The notes: a model not told the origin generated them from the letters alone. Positions 41,080 through 50,720 are shown, numbered from the stretch's first letter. The stretch is 62,965 nucleotides of DNA from an uncultured Thermotogae bacterium (GCA_964649445.1 CAZYPS010000004.1:1-62965); one strand, 5' to 3'. Translations and numbers: made by a program.

Positions 41080-41090
41080 TAAGTGCCATT

Positions 41091-41164
41091 TGGGAGATCG
41101 TCTAATGGTAGGACGGCGGGTTCTGGACCCGTTAGTGGAGGTTCGAATCCTCCTCTCCCAGCCA
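41091..41164 (+). tRNA. tRNA-Gln (anticodon CUG), CCA encoded
   Basis: Manual cloverleaf: acceptor UGGGAGA/UCUCCCA, D arm GUCU/GGAC, anticodon stem GCGGG/CCCGU with loop UUCUGGA, T arm GGAGG-UUCGAAU-CCUCC, discriminator G plus CCA. Confidence 0.9.
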
Positions 41165-41170
41165 GAATAT

Positions 41171-41246
41171 GGTCCCGTCGTCTAGTGGCCTAGGATATCG
41201 GGTTCTCATCCCGGCGACAGGGGTTCGAATCCCCTCGGGACTGCCA
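41171..41246 (+). tRNA. tRNA-Glu (anticodon CUC), CCA encoded
   Basis: Acceptor GGUCCCG/CGGGACU, Glu-type D arm GUCUAGUGGCCUAGGAU, anticodon loop UUCUCAU, T arm AGGGG-UUCGAAU-CCCCU, then GCCA. Confidence 0.9.
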
Positions 41247-41397
41247 GCTAGATTCGCTTGTTGTTTACCGTTACAATTGATAAAACCTACCTTCAAATTC
41301 TGTAATAAAAAGAGGGCTGAGTTCCTATTTGCCAATCTCCGAACTTGAGACGTTTCAATCCCTGTCGTAAAATTCCTGAGTTAAGGGGTGAGTTTAA

Positions 41398-43305
41398 TTG
41401 AACGAGGATAACGATTTCAATCGTGACTTTAACCGTCCTGAGGGGGACGAGGAAGATGATAGAGAAGACAACAAGGGACAATTCAACTTTCCTAATAATA
41501 ACAACAATTTTCGTAATATCGCCCTTATAGTGGGCGCTATTATACTTTCCTTGATACTATTTCAGACGCTATTTAACTCGCCCGCCAATCAAGATGAAAT
41601 AAGCTACACGGAATTTCTCCGCCAGGTAGAATCGGGACGGATAGCGGAAGTGACTATAAAAGGAGGGCTTATAAACGGAGTATACGAAAGCGGGGGGAGT
41701 TTCGTAACCAGAGGTCCACCCGAATCCACCGATTACCTAACCGACCTCAGAGATCAGGGGGTCAAAATAACGTACGAGGAAGCATCGGATAGCAATTGGT
41801 TCTTTTCTCTGCTCATCTCTCTGCTTCCCGTCTTGTTGATTATCGGCCTGTGGGTCTTCATGATGCGGCGAATGCAGGGAAATAATGCTCTCAACTTTGG
41901 GAAAAGTCAGGCAAACCTGGTAAACAAGGAGTTCTCCGAAGTTACCTTCGATGATTTTGCCGGAGTGGAAGAAGTCAAGGAAGAGGTCCAGGAGATAGTA
42001 GAATACCTAAAAAACCCCAGGAGGTTTGAGAAACTGGGGGCAGAAGTACCAAAAGGAATGATTTTGGTCGGGCCACCCGGTACCGGTAAAACCTTACTTT
42101 CTCGGGCTATTGCCGGTGAGGCGGAGGTGCCGTTTTACGAAACGAGTGGATCCAACTTCGTCGAGATGTTCGTCGGTGTCGGTGCCTCGAGAGTTCGAAA
42201 TATGTTTGATAAGGCCAAGGAAAACGCTCCTTCAATTATCTTTATCGACGAATTAGATGCCATAGGTAGAAAAAGAGGAGCGGGGTTAGGAGGAGGACAC
42301 GATGAAAGGGAGCAGACGTTGAATGAGCTATTATCGGAAATGGACGGATTCGACCCAAACGAGGGTGTGATAATACTGGCAGCCACGAACAGACCTGACG
42401 TCCTGGACCCCGCTCTCCTGAGGCCGGGAAGGTTCGACAGAAAAATTACCGTACCCACACCTGACATAGAAGGCAGAAAGGAAATACTAAAAGTCCACAT
42501 TGAGGACAAAAAGCTCGCCGACGACGTTGACCTGGACGTCCTCTCCCGGAGGACTCCCGGTTTCGTCGGTGCGGACCTTGAAAATCTCGCTAACGAGGCA
42601 GCACTGCTTGCAGGTAGAAAAGGCAAGGATATAGTAGAAATGACTGATTTCGAAGAATCGATAGACAGGGTAATGGCGGGAGTTAAACGAAAAGGCATGG
42701 CGATAAGCGATGATGAAAAAGAAAAAATTGCTTATCACGAATCGGGCCACGCGATCATCGGCAAACTATTGCCAAACGCGGATCCCGTCCACAAGATATC
42801 TATTATTCCGAGATCAAACGGAGCACTCGGATTTACCCTCCAGTTGCCACTCGAAGAGAAGTTCCTCGTTTCGAAATCGGAACTTCTCGATAAACTAACG
42901 ACCCTGCTGGGAGGTCGAACAGCAGAAGAACTCGTCTACAACGAGGTTACTACCGGGGCACAGGACGACTTTGAAAAAGGCACGGATATCGCCAAACGGA
43001 TGGTAGTTCAGTACGGAATGAGTGACAAGCTAGGCCCCATAAACCTCGGCCAGGAAAACGGGAACGTATTCCTCGGCGAAGAAATAGTAAAGAGCAATGA
43101 ACATTCGGAAGAGGTATCTTCCCTGGTCGACAAGGAAATTCGAAAGATAGTCGAGGGCTGTCACGACAAAGCCAGAGACATTCTTAAACATAACAGAGAA
43201 GTACTTAAGAAACTGGCGGAGAAACTCATAGAAGTAGAAGAACTGGAAGGAGATCAGCTGGAAGAAATTTTAGATCAAGCAGCCTTACCAGCCGGAAACT
43301 CTTAA
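41398..43305 (+). CDS. ftsH: ATP-dependent zinc metalloprotease FtsH
   Basis: Two N-terminal TMs, AAA+ Walker [16 protein letters not shown], and zinc motif HESGHA. TTG start after AAGGGGTGA. Confidence 0.96.
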   Translation: MNEDNDFNRDFNRPEGDEEDDREDNKGQFNFPNNNNNFRNIALIVGAIILSLILFQTLFNSPANQDEISYTEFLRQVESGRIAEVTIKGGLINGVYESGGSFVTRGPPESTDYLTDLRDQGVKITYEEASDSNWFFSLLISLLPVLLIIGLWVFMMRRMQGNNALNFGKSQANLVNKEFSEVTFDDFAGVEEVKEEVQEIVEYLKNPRRFEKLGAEVPKGMILVGPPGTGKTLLSRAIAGEAEVPFYETSGSNFVEMFVGVGASRVRNMFDKAKENAPSIIFIDELDAIGRKRGAGLGGGHDEREQTLNELLSEMDGFDPNEGVIILAATNRPDVLDPALLRPGRFDRKITVPTPDIEGRKEILKVHIEDKKLADDVDLDVLSRRTPGFVGADLENLANEAALLAGRKGKDIVEMTDFEESIDRVMAGVKRKGMAISDDEKEKIAYHESGHAIIGKLLPNADPVHKISIIPRSNGALGFTLQLPLEEKFLVSKSELLDKLTTLLGGRTAEELVYNEVTTGAQDDFEKGTDIAKRMVVQYGMSDKLGPINLGQENGNVFLGEEIVKSNEHSEEVSSLVDKEIRKIVEGCHDKARDILKHNREVLKKLAEKLIEVEELEGDQLEEILDQAALPAGNS

Positions 43306-43312
43306 CATTAAA

Positions 43313-44494
43313 ATGTCTACCGATGTCGTAATTCTTGGCTCGACAGGCTCTATCGGCTCCCAGACACTTGAAGTTATCACCCATCTGGAAACCACGAATC
43401 AGGAATCGTTTAATGTTATAGGATTAGCCTGTGGTACCAGCACGGACCTTCTCGTAAATCAAATCAAACGGTTTGAGCCCGATGTAGTTTCGGTAAAAGG
43501 TGATAGTGAAAAGGAAGCTATCTCGCGGAAAACAGAAGAGGATATCCGGATAAAAACGGGTAGAGAGGGATTAAACCAACTGGCCAAAATCGCTGAAAAT
43601 GGGACAGTGGTAAATGCACTAGTTGGATACGTTGGACTAGAGCCAACGCTATCGGCAATTGGGAATACTTCCCGCCTTCTTCTTGCAAATAAAGAGTCCC
43701 TGGTGGTTGGAGGACCGCTTGTAGACCGGGAGTTAGAGAACTCAAAAACGTCGCTGGTTCCAATAGATAGTGAGCATAACGCAATTTTTCAGGCACTGGA
43801 GACGGGAACCGAAAAAGAGGTAGAACGGTTAATCATTACTGCTTCTGGAGGTCCCTTTCTGTCAACACCGCTAAACCGGATCAAATCCGCCTCACCCGAG
43901 GAAGCCCTGGATCATCCAAATTGGGATATGGGAAACAGGATTACGTGTGATTCCGCATCAATGGTCAATAAAGGATTAGAAGTCATAGAAGCACACTGGT
44001 TATTCGACCTCCCCTACGAAAAGATTGACGCGGTAATCCATCCTCAATCCGTCATCCACTCCCTGGTACAATTCAGGGACGGCTCTATGATCGGAGAGTT
44101 AGGAGAACCAGATATGAAGGTACCAATTCAGTACGCTCTTACTTATCCCAACCGGCTGAAAAACGATTACGACCGAACCGACCTGGTGGAACTCGCTACA
44201 CTGGAGTTTAAAGAACTTGAAGACGAAAGATATCCCGCATTTAACGTGGTCGTTGAAGCGGGAAGGTTCGGAGGTAACAGACCGGCTGCAGTAAACGGAG
44301 CTGACGAAGCGTTGATAGACGAATTCCTGGCCGAAAATATCAAATTCGGTGATATAGCCAGGGGCCTGGAACTGGTCCTGGAACACCTTGATGTCGTTGA
44401 AAACCCGAGCCTTGAGGATCTAAAATTTACTGATAATTGGGCAAGAAAGAAAGTCAGGTCCCTGGTAGAAGAAAAAACCATAGGAGATAGATAA
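43313..44494 (+). CDS. dxr: 1-deoxy-D-xylulose-5-phosphate reductoisomerase
   Basis: GSTGSIG NADPH motif, LANKESLV, DSEHNAIFQ, NKGLEVIEA. Confidence 0.95.
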   Translation: MSTDVVILGSTGSIGSQTLEVITHLETTNQESFNVIGLACGTSTDLLVNQIKRFEPDVVSVKGDSEKEAISRKTEEDIRIKTGREGLNQLAKIAENGTVVNALVGYVGLEPTLSAIGNTSRLLLANKESLVVGGPLVDRELENSKTSLVPIDSEHNAIFQALETGTEKEVERLIITASGGPFLSTPLNRIKSASPEEALDHPNWDMGNRITCDSASMVNKGLEVIEAHWLFDLPYEKIDAVIHPQSVIHSLVQFRDGSMIGELGEPDMKVPIQYALTYPNRLKNDYDRTDLVELATLEFKELEDERYPAFNVVVEAGRFGGNRPAAVNGADEALIDEFLAENIKFGDIARGLELVLEHLDVVENPSLEDLKFTDNWARKKVRSLVEEKTIGDR

Positions 44495-44498
44495 ACCC

Positions 44499-45152
44499 AT
44501 GTCAGATAAGTGCGTATACGCCGGAAAGCGCAAAGGAGATAGGGAATGTCCGGCCCTGGGAGGCATGATCTGCAGCAGGTGCTGCGGTGAAAATCGGGGC
44601 ATCAATATCAGTTGTCCACCCGATTGCCGTTATTTCAAAAAACACGAAGAGTTTCAGCAGTCCAAACACGCGGAAACTTACCGGAAAACCTGGGCGGAAA
44701 AGAACCAGGACATTCTTGAAGAGGAAAACCGCCAGCTGATTGAGGCAATCGGCGTGCTGGAAACGCTAATTTACTATCGCTACAGAGACGATACCAGGCT
44801 TACGGACAAAAAGGTAATAGAGGGATTAAAAGGTCTCGAAAATAAATTCAAGACGATCGAACTGCCTGGAAGCCATACTGAATTCACGGACTTTGCCCAC
44901 GAAGAACTCAAACCTTTACTCGAAAAAGGGAGGTTTTCTCGCGAAATCCTTAAAAAAGCCGCTTCAAGGCTGATTGCGGTCGCGGAGGAGTATTCGGACG
45001 ATTCCAGGAAACTGGTTCAGGGTGTTGTGGGAAGAATCAAGGAAGATTACAACATTCCGACAGAAGATCAAGAAGGTATGACGGAAGGGATAGAATCTCT
45101 AATTACTACTCCTGGACAGTTAAACCAGCGCCAGTCCGGGCCGAACCGCTAA
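44499..45152 (+). CDS. Hypothetical protein with an N-terminal 7-Cys cluster
   Basis: Intact 217-aa ORF. It has an AGGAGA SD, but at an 11-nt spacing that is longer than for other genes here. Cys residues fall at positions 5, 17, 25, 28, 29, 39 and 43, followed by a helical acidic region. I recognise no family. Confidence 0.6.
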   Translation: MSDKCVYAGKRKGDRECPALGGMICSRCCGENRGINISCPPDCRYFKKHEEFQQSKHAETYRKTWAEKNQDILEEENRQLIEAIGVLETLIYYRYRDDTRLTDKKVIEGLKGLENKFKTIELPGSHTEFTDFAHEELKPLLEKGRFSREILKKAASRLIAVAEEYSDDSRKLVQGVVGRIKEDYNIPTEDQEGMTEGIESLITTPGQLNQRQSGPNR

Positions 45153-45178
45153 TTGGTTAAGGTTAGTTGCCTTCAAAT

Positions 45179-46699
45179 TTAATCCCCTAGCTGAACTACT
45201 TCTTCAATAAAGGTATCTTTGAGACCAAATATTAACCCTGCACCAATATAACTTATTACCCCAGCAATCACACCTACGGCCACGACCGAGAAGTCGCCCG
45301 AAAGCGGAACGTAGCCTCGGACCCCTGAAACGACCAACCCCATAACACCAGCGGAAAAAACTACTTTAACCAGAAACAAGTTTTTCGGCAAAAAGCCTTG
45401 TAGGCCCGTCTTGATTCTGAAGACAATTAATAAAAGTATACCATTCACAAGCCCACTGACACCTGTAGCCAGAGCCAGTCCCCCTACTTGCATCGGCCCA
45501 ATTAACAGGAGGTCCAGCGCGACGTTAACCGCGACTGCAATTGTGCTAATTATTACCGGAGTAATGGTATCCTTCATGGAATAAAATGCCCGAGAAAATA
45601 GGGTAACAAAGCTATAGCCAACCAACCCAACCAGGTAGAGATCAAGCACGTGAGTCGTCCTAACCGTGTCAGACGGGAGAAAGCTCCTGTGCTCAAACAG
45701 TAGTTTTATTATCGGCTTTCCCAGAATAAAAAGTCCAAGCGTCGCAGGGATGACTATCATCAAAGAAATTTTTACTCCCCTGTTCAATATCTTGGCATAA
45801 TCGGATTCCTTACCCGTCGCCCACCTCTCAGATAGTCGCGGAAGTATCGCGGTTGATATAGCAATCGCAAACAACCCGAGAGGAAGCTGGTACAGTCTCG
45901 TCGCATACTGGAGCGAGGAAACGGACCCGGCAACCAGATGGGAAGCGAGTTTGTTGTCGACCATTACGTTGACCTGCATTGCAATTAACCCAAGTACCAC
46001 CGGAGCCATCATTTTCAAGGCCCGCTTGAGTCCGGGATGCAGGGGAAAAAGTTCGGGCGACCAGGAGAAGCCGCTTCGTTTGAGATAAGGAATCTGAAAA
46101 GCAAGCTGGCCGAATCCTCCCACAAGCACGCCGGTAGCCAGTCCGAATATTGGACGAGAAAAGAAGCTTCCAAGAAACAAGGCACCAGCTATAACTCCGA
46201 TATTGAAGAATACCGGGGCGAATGCCGGAGCAAAAAAGGTTTTTTTCGATTTAAGTATGCCCATTATGAGCGCCGCCATACCAATTATACCTATGAACGG
46301 AAATATTACCCTAGTGAGTTCTATCGTCAATTCCTGCTGAGATGGCGAAAAACCGGAAGCGAGAAACGGAATAAAATACGGAGCTAGAAAAATCCCCGCA
46401 AGCACTACCAGCGGAAATGTCAATAATGACAGGTTTATCGCGTTTGCAGCTAGTTTGCTGGCTTCCCCAGGATCGTTTTTCAGATAGTCGGTGTAAACCG
46501 GAATAAATGAAAGGGCAAGCGCTCCCTCGGCCAGCAGCCGTCTTAAAAAATGGGGTACGTAGAAAGCAATCAGATAAGCGTCGTAGGCCGCTCCGGCGCC
46601 AAACTTGTCAGCAATCACGATATCCCGAAACAAACCAAATACTCTAGAAACCGCGGTGGCTGCTGCGATAATTACTATATCCCTGGCAAACCGCTTCAT
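45179..46699 (-). CDS. murJ: Lipid II flippase MurJ (MviN)
   Basis: 506-aa polytopic protein with a MurJ-type N-terminus (SRVFGLFRDIVIADKFGAG...AFYVPHFLRRLLAEGAL). Confidence 0.9.
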   Translation of the reverse strand: MKRFARDIVIIAAATAVSRVFGLFRDIVIADKFGAGAAYDAYLIAFYVPHFLRRLLAEGALALSFIPVYTDYLKNDPGEASKLAANAINLSLLTFPLVVLAGIFLAPYFIPFLASGFSPSQQELTIELTRVIFPFIGIIGMAALIMGILKSKKTFFAPAFAPVFFNIGVIAGALFLGSFFSRPIFGLATGVLVGGFGQLAFQIPYLKRSGFSWSPELFPLHPGLKRALKMMAPVVLGLIAMQVNVMVDNKLASHLVAGSVSSLQYATRLYQLPLGLFAIAISTAILPRLSERWATGKESDYAKILNRGVKISLMIVIPATLGLFILGKPIIKLLFEHRSFLPSDTVRTTHVLDLYLVGLVGYSFVTLFSRAFYSMKDTITPVIISTIAVAVNVALDLLLIGPMQVGGLALATGVSGLVNGILLLIVFRIKTGLQGFLPKNLFLVKVVFSAGVMGLVVSGVRGYVPLSGDFSVVAVGVIAGVISYIGAGLIFGLKDTFIEEVVQLGD

Positions 46700-46701
46700 G
46701 G

Positions 46702-48414
46702 TTACCGGGGCACTAAAGCCAATCCAACCGGTATCCGCCTCGATCCTCCCACGGTCTCAATTCGTACCCCGTCCCGATAAATCATGCCAGCGGAAGAACC
46801 GCCGTCGAAGGCAATTGCGTTCTCTATATCAAGCCCGGATTTATTCAGCAATCCGGGTAGTGCTTCGAGACCAACCCCCGCACCGGAAACAACTATAAAG
46901 AACATATCCCCGTCACCCGTGGTCGCCAGGACGGACCTTCTTGCCTTTGATTGGACCAGTCCTCCGTTATAGGAAAAATTCTCCTCTGCGAGATTCAGGA
47001 CGTTTCTCCCGTTCTTTATCAGGAGTGGTCCGGCACTTACCGCCCCTCTTAACATAGGAACGAACGGCTCCATGGTCCAGTCAAACTCGGCTTTATCGCC
47101 TTCACTCAGTCTCTCCAGTTCCGCTTTTTGGTTGCCAGTAGCGACAACTATGGTCCGATCATCTTTGAGAGAGATGGGTAAAATAGAAGACTTAGAAAAA
47201 ACTTTGCCGTCATTGATCTCCAGATACACGGATGATCTTCCGGGGTCTATCTTCTTCCCGTACTCAGGAGTATAAACTACCAGGTCGTCGTCCCCCGCAG
47301 GTCTGTTCAGACCCTGGACAGTTACCTCCTCACCGGCGGTTCGAATAAATAGATCGAGGTCGGGTCTGAAAAACCTTAATTGACCGAAATAATCTATCCC
47401 GATTGCGGCCCGTTTACCCCAATCCCTAGAAAGTAATGTTCCATCCTTAATAATCAGTCCTATTGGAGTATAAGAACCCGGATCAAAAAAGTTCGCATTT
47501 AAGCCAGCCACGCCGAAGTTCTCCTGGACCAGCTGTGACAGCTTACTTCCCCTCCCTATCTGCCCTCCTGCAAGAACCGGAACAAGTCGGTACTCCTCCA
47601 TCCAGTCCGATATTTCGAGGTAGTGAACGGTCTGACTACCCCCATCAGCCCAGAGCTGCATCTGGTTGTAGGAAAAGTTCTGCTGCGCTGTAAGTTTATC
47701 GCCAGCAGGTGTGAAAGTGCCTCCACTCTCTTGCCCGTGTAATTCAAGCTTGAAATGGAACCCTGACTCCCCTCGGTGGGTTTTGACCGTAGTTGTTACG
47801 CCTTCCTTTAAGTTTAAACTTAAAACGATCTGATTATCCTCTCCGGACAAAACGGAGGCGGCATTAAGGTAAGAACTGACCTTTTGTAAGTTTATCGTGC
47901 CGGGGGATGATGATTTAGTGGCATTAAAGAACCTCAAATCGAGATCATTACCACTTTTGGAACGAGAAAAACTAGAGTATTTATCAAAATTAAGGGAAAG
48001 TTCGGCAGTCCTGGTCGAGACGGAGAGAAGCTTCGCGGGTTCAATCCTAACAACCGCTCTATCTCCGCGATAATTCACCTGGCCCCCAAAATGTTCCACC
48101 AGCAGGTCCAGATCTATGAAGTGCTCCCCCCCATTGACGGAAAGGTTTCTTTTATCTACGTAAGTTGAATTCGTTTTGCCCCATTCCAGGACGAAACCAC
48201 CGTCCCTGCCAGGATCCGTCCTGGCACCAAACAGCTTCGCTGCCTGCTTCAGTGGAACCTGGGTGCCGTCAGAAGAGCCAATTACTTCGAGATCGTCGAG
48301 CCGTTCACCATTCAAAAATACTTCAGTTGGAGCTCCACCAGAGAACAGAATGACAGAAACTGCGGTCAAAGCAAATGCAGCCAGTACCAGCGCCCTTGTA
48401 ATTCCTGAATCCAT
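46702..48414 (-). CDS. Envelope protein: membrane anchor, copper-amine-oxidase-N-like domain and C-terminal phosphodiester glycosidase (DUF2233/NAGPA-like) domain
   Basis: N-terminal TM. VFLNGERLD...GTQVPLKQAAKLFGA resembles the Cu_amine_oxidN1 repeat. The C-terminus (RSVLATTGDGDMFFIVV...NAIAFDGGSSAGM) matches the phosphodiester glycosidase signature. Its stop lies 2 nt before the murJ start. Confidence 0.7.
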   Translation of the reverse strand: MDSGITRALVLAAFALTAVSVILFSGGAPTEVFLNGERLDDLEVIGSSDGTQVPLKQAAKLFGARTDPGRDGGFVLEWGKTNSTYVDKRNLSVNGGEHFIDLDLLVEHFGGQVNYRGDRAVVRIEPAKLLSVSTRTAELSLNFDKYSSFSRSKSGNDLDLRFFNATKSSSPGTINLQKVSSYLNAASVLSGEDNQIVLSLNLKEGVTTTVKTHRGESGFHFKLELHGQESGGTFTPAGDKLTAQQNFSYNQMQLWADGGSQTVHYLEISDWMEEYRLVPVLAGGQIGRGSKLSQLVQENFGVAGLNANFFDPGSYTPIGLIIKDGTLLSRDWGKRAAIGIDYFGQLRFFRPDLDLFIRTAGEEVTVQGLNRPAGDDDLVVYTPEYGKKIDPGRSSVYLEINDGKVFSKSSILPISLKDDRTIVVATGNQKAELERLSEGDKAEFDWTMEPFVPMLRGAVSAGPLLIKNGRNVLNLAEENFSYNGGLVQSKARRSVLATTGDGDMFFIVVSGAGVGLEALPGLLNKSGLDIENAIAFDGGSSAGMIYRDGVRIETVGGSRRIPVGLALVPR

Positions 48415-48725
48415 TTAGTGGCTACCTGAACTTGCCGAGGAAGTTTCCCAGCTTCTAAGGGAGGAACACCCGTCTGTTGCTCCAGAGCACTTGTTCCAGC
48501 TCTCGAGCGAAGCCCTGATCAAGGCCAAAATTGCCTTTCCAAAATAAATAGAATTGGGTTCCGGGAAAATTAACGCCGACTTTCTACTTGAACCCAGAGT
48601 GCAGGGGGCTACATGACTCAATAACATGTTTTCAACCTCGCGGGAATAATTATGTAGACTCCGCTCTTTGTTCGACAATCTGGCCACGGAAATGACTAAC
48701 AATTATGTTCCTGGCAACCGAAAAC

Positions 48726-49211
48726 CTATTCCTCTTGTTCTTCTTCCTCTTCTTCTTCAGTTGTTTCTTCCTCTTCTACGTTAATTTTTATGTTAGCATG
48801 GATCTCTTCGTAGAGTCTTATTTCAACTCCGAACTGGCCCAGTTCTTCTATTGGCGAATCCAGCCTTACTGCTTCGGGCGCCAGGTCAATACCCGTTTCG
48901 TCTTTTATAGAATCAATTATATCCTTCTTTCTTACCGAACCGTATAGATGATGCTCTTCCTGGGCTTTGCGATAGAATACAAGCTCCAATCCATTGAGCT
49001 CGTCGGCTCGTTCTTCGGCACGTTCCCGTCTTTCTTCTTTTCTTTGACTTATTTCCTTCCTGACCTTCTCGTAACGTCTCTCATTTCCAACCGTCGGCTC
49101 GACTGCCAGTCCTTTCGGGAGTAAGTAGTTCCTTCCATAACCGTCCGAAACTTCTACTTTTTCCCCAACTTCACCAAGATCTTCTACCTCTTCGGTTAGA
49201 ATTAATTCCAC
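48726..49211 (-). CDS. rplI: 50S ribosomal protein L9 with a poly-Glu C-terminal tail
   Basis: ELILTEEVEDLGEVGEKVEVSDGYGRNYLLPKGLAV matches bL9. The GTG at 49211 follows AGGGGTGGA; the track ORF starts at GTG 49220. The tail reads EEEETTEEEEEEEQEE. Confidence 0.93.
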   Translation of the reverse strand: MELILTEEVEDLGEVGEKVEVSDGYGRNYLLPKGLAVEPTVGNERRYEKVRKEISQRKEERRERAEERADELNGLELVFYRKAQEEHHLYGSVRKKDIIDSIKDETGIDLAPEAVRLDSPIEELGQFGVEIRLYEEIHANIKINVEEEETTEEEEEEEQEE

Positions 49212-49444
49212 TTGTTCCACCCCTAAAAGTTATCTTAATTGTAAAAATTTCATTCATCAAAACTAGTTCAGGTTCCCGTCAGTTCGTTCGTCCTGCTGAA
49301 CTTCAAAAAGCTTTGTAATTCTACGACTCAACCCCATCGCGTTCAAGATTGAAGGAAGAGCCGACTTTTCCACGGAGAGGTTCCAAAGACAATCCCACAG
49401 GGAGAAAAAATAGCTGGTTTGTCCCGGACCTGTTCGCGCATTAA

Positions 49445-50344
49445 CTAATTAAATTTCCTTTTTTTAAGATCCCTGGCTTTCTCCTTTGAAATCCTATTTA
49501 TCAGAGGGTACTCACTGCCCACAGGCCTGTCCAGGACCTTGTCAAGCAAGCTCCGAGCCATCTCCTTATCCCCTTTTTTCAAAGCATAATACTTGGCGTA
49601 GGAAAAGTAATTTTCCAGGCAGGTCGGTGCAAGCTCGATCGCTCTTTCGAAGTGCTCTTTTGTCTTTTCCCAGCTAAGATCGTACTTATTCACCTGTAAT
49701 AAGCTAAACGGGAGTTTGCTGAGCAACTCCCCGGCAATTGATCCTAAAGCTCTGTGGCCTCCTCCTCCCAGGTAGGCTTCGTCAAGCTCAACCACTTGGC
49801 GATTCAAAGCTACGAGGACGGGAAGATCACCGAGAGAATCCAGAACTCCTTTGGACTCGGCAAGCCGCCCGAGGTTTGCTCCCGGCCAAAAAAACGCCTC
49901 TACATCGTCTATCGATTCTGGAAGATTCTTCAGTGCCTTACGGCCCACCTCTTCATAAAGTTCAGCAAATTCCTCGTTAGACTTTAGACCCTTCAACCCG
50001 TATTCGTACCCCTTCCGGTAGGCGGATTTCGTTTCCTTGGGAGAGCTGAGGTAGGCTTCCGCCAGAGTGAAATAACCAAGCGATAGCCTTGTTAAAGCGT
50101 GCTGATTGTCCGGATCGACTCCGAGGACTCTCTTGTACAGTGCAATCGCGTCTCTCAACCGTTCTTCCGTTCTGGTTTCAGTCCTTGCTTCCCGGGCAAT
50201 CCGGTCAGCTTCTTTAACCAGTTCCTGAAGACCGGTATTTTCCGGAACATCTTCGTTCTCCGAGGAAAATCCTGCCCCCGACGACAAGAGGGCTAATAAA
50301 ACAAAAGCCGATAAGCAAGTTAGTAAAATCTTCTTGTTATTCAT
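49445..50344 (-). CDS. Secreted or lipoprotein-like TPR-type helical repeat protein (possibly TatT-like)
   Basis: Signal peptide (KKILLTCLSAFVLLALLSSGAG) followed by helical-hairpin repeats (AIALYKRVLGVDPDNQHALTRLSLGY...). The TatT-family resemblance is only an impression. Confidence 0.6.
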   Translation of the reverse strand: MNNKKILLTCLSAFVLLALLSSGAGFSSENEDVPENTGLQELVKEADRIAREARTETRTEERLRDAIALYKRVLGVDPDNQHALTRLSLGYFTLAEAYLSSPKETKSAYRKGYEYGLKGLKSNEEFAELYEEVGRKALKNLPESIDDVEAFFWPGANLGRLAESKGVLDSLGDLPVLVALNRQVVELDEAYLGGGGHRALGSIAGELLSKLPFSLLQVNKYDLSWEKTKEHFERAIELAPTCLENYFSYAKYYALKKGDKEMARSLLDKVLDRPVGSEYPLINRISKEKARDLKKRKFN

Positions 50345-50391
50345 AATTCGTTAATCCGGGCTCGGATTCGTTAATTATATAGCGCTCCCCC

Positions 50392-50427
50392 CCCAGGAGT
50401 CAATTTCCCCGCCCTTCCGGACGGGGC
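50392..50427 (+). repeat. Copy A of a short dispersed intergenic element
   Basis: CCAGGAGTCAATTTCCCC is identical over 18/18 nt to 62904-62921. The following GCCCTTCCGGACGGGGCT is similar to GCCCTTTCCGATCTCGGCT in copy B. Relative to copy B it lacks the 12-nt AGCGGGGAAATT segment. Confidence 0.7.
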
Positions 50428-50487
50428 TTATAACAAAACTATTTCAACCAAAAAGCTACCTTCTTCGAAAACTCAAAACCCAACCCC

Positions 50488-50555
50488 CAGCAGTCAATTC
50501 GGAACTGGCTTTGTGGTTGTAGTGGACTCAAAGTCGCAGGGCGAATTGACCGCTG
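50488..50555. repeat. 14-bp inverted repeat built from the same CAGnnGTCAATTC core
   Basis: CAGCAGTCAATTCG (50488-50501) pairs with CGAATTGACCGCTG (50542-50555) at 13/14 positions, leaving a 40-nt loop. The arm sequence is related to the core of copies A and B. Confidence 0.65.
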
Positions 50556-50720
50556 AGTACCTCAAGGAAAGAGCTGTTCAGCCGATTCATCCCCAGGGCT
50601 TGCCCTTGGGCATTCTCAGCAATTTCAGTAAACACGAGATGATTATAGAGTGGTAAAACGGGGGGCTAATTAAATATTCTCAGGTGGAGGATATCTCTGA
50701 TGCTCTCAGGTTCTGGGATG

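Noticed and set aside
41132-41481. Minus-strand ORFs 41132-41335 and 41293-41481.
   Set aside because: They overlap the two tRNA genes and the ftsH promoter/leader. They have no SD and no family resemblance.
48415-48702. 95-aa minus-strand ORF whose stop abuts the start of the 570-aa envelope gene (TAAATG).
   Set aside because: The product is Ser-rich and basic, unlike the uniformly acidic proteins here. It has no recognisable family and no convincing SD. The juxtaposition alone is insufficient, so I treat it as probably non-coding 5' region.
50345-50720. tmRNA, RNase P RNA, SRP RNA or 6S RNA in the radC-TPR spacer, and likewise in 40545-41090 and 48415-48725.
   Set aside because: I could not find the diagnostic strings on either strand. 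These are GGAAAGTCCGGGC and the P4 pairing for RNase P, GGTCCGGAAGGAAGCAGC for SRP, and a tRNA-like acceptor/T-arm plus tag ORF for tmRNA. 6S has no sequence signature, so I cannot call it by eye.
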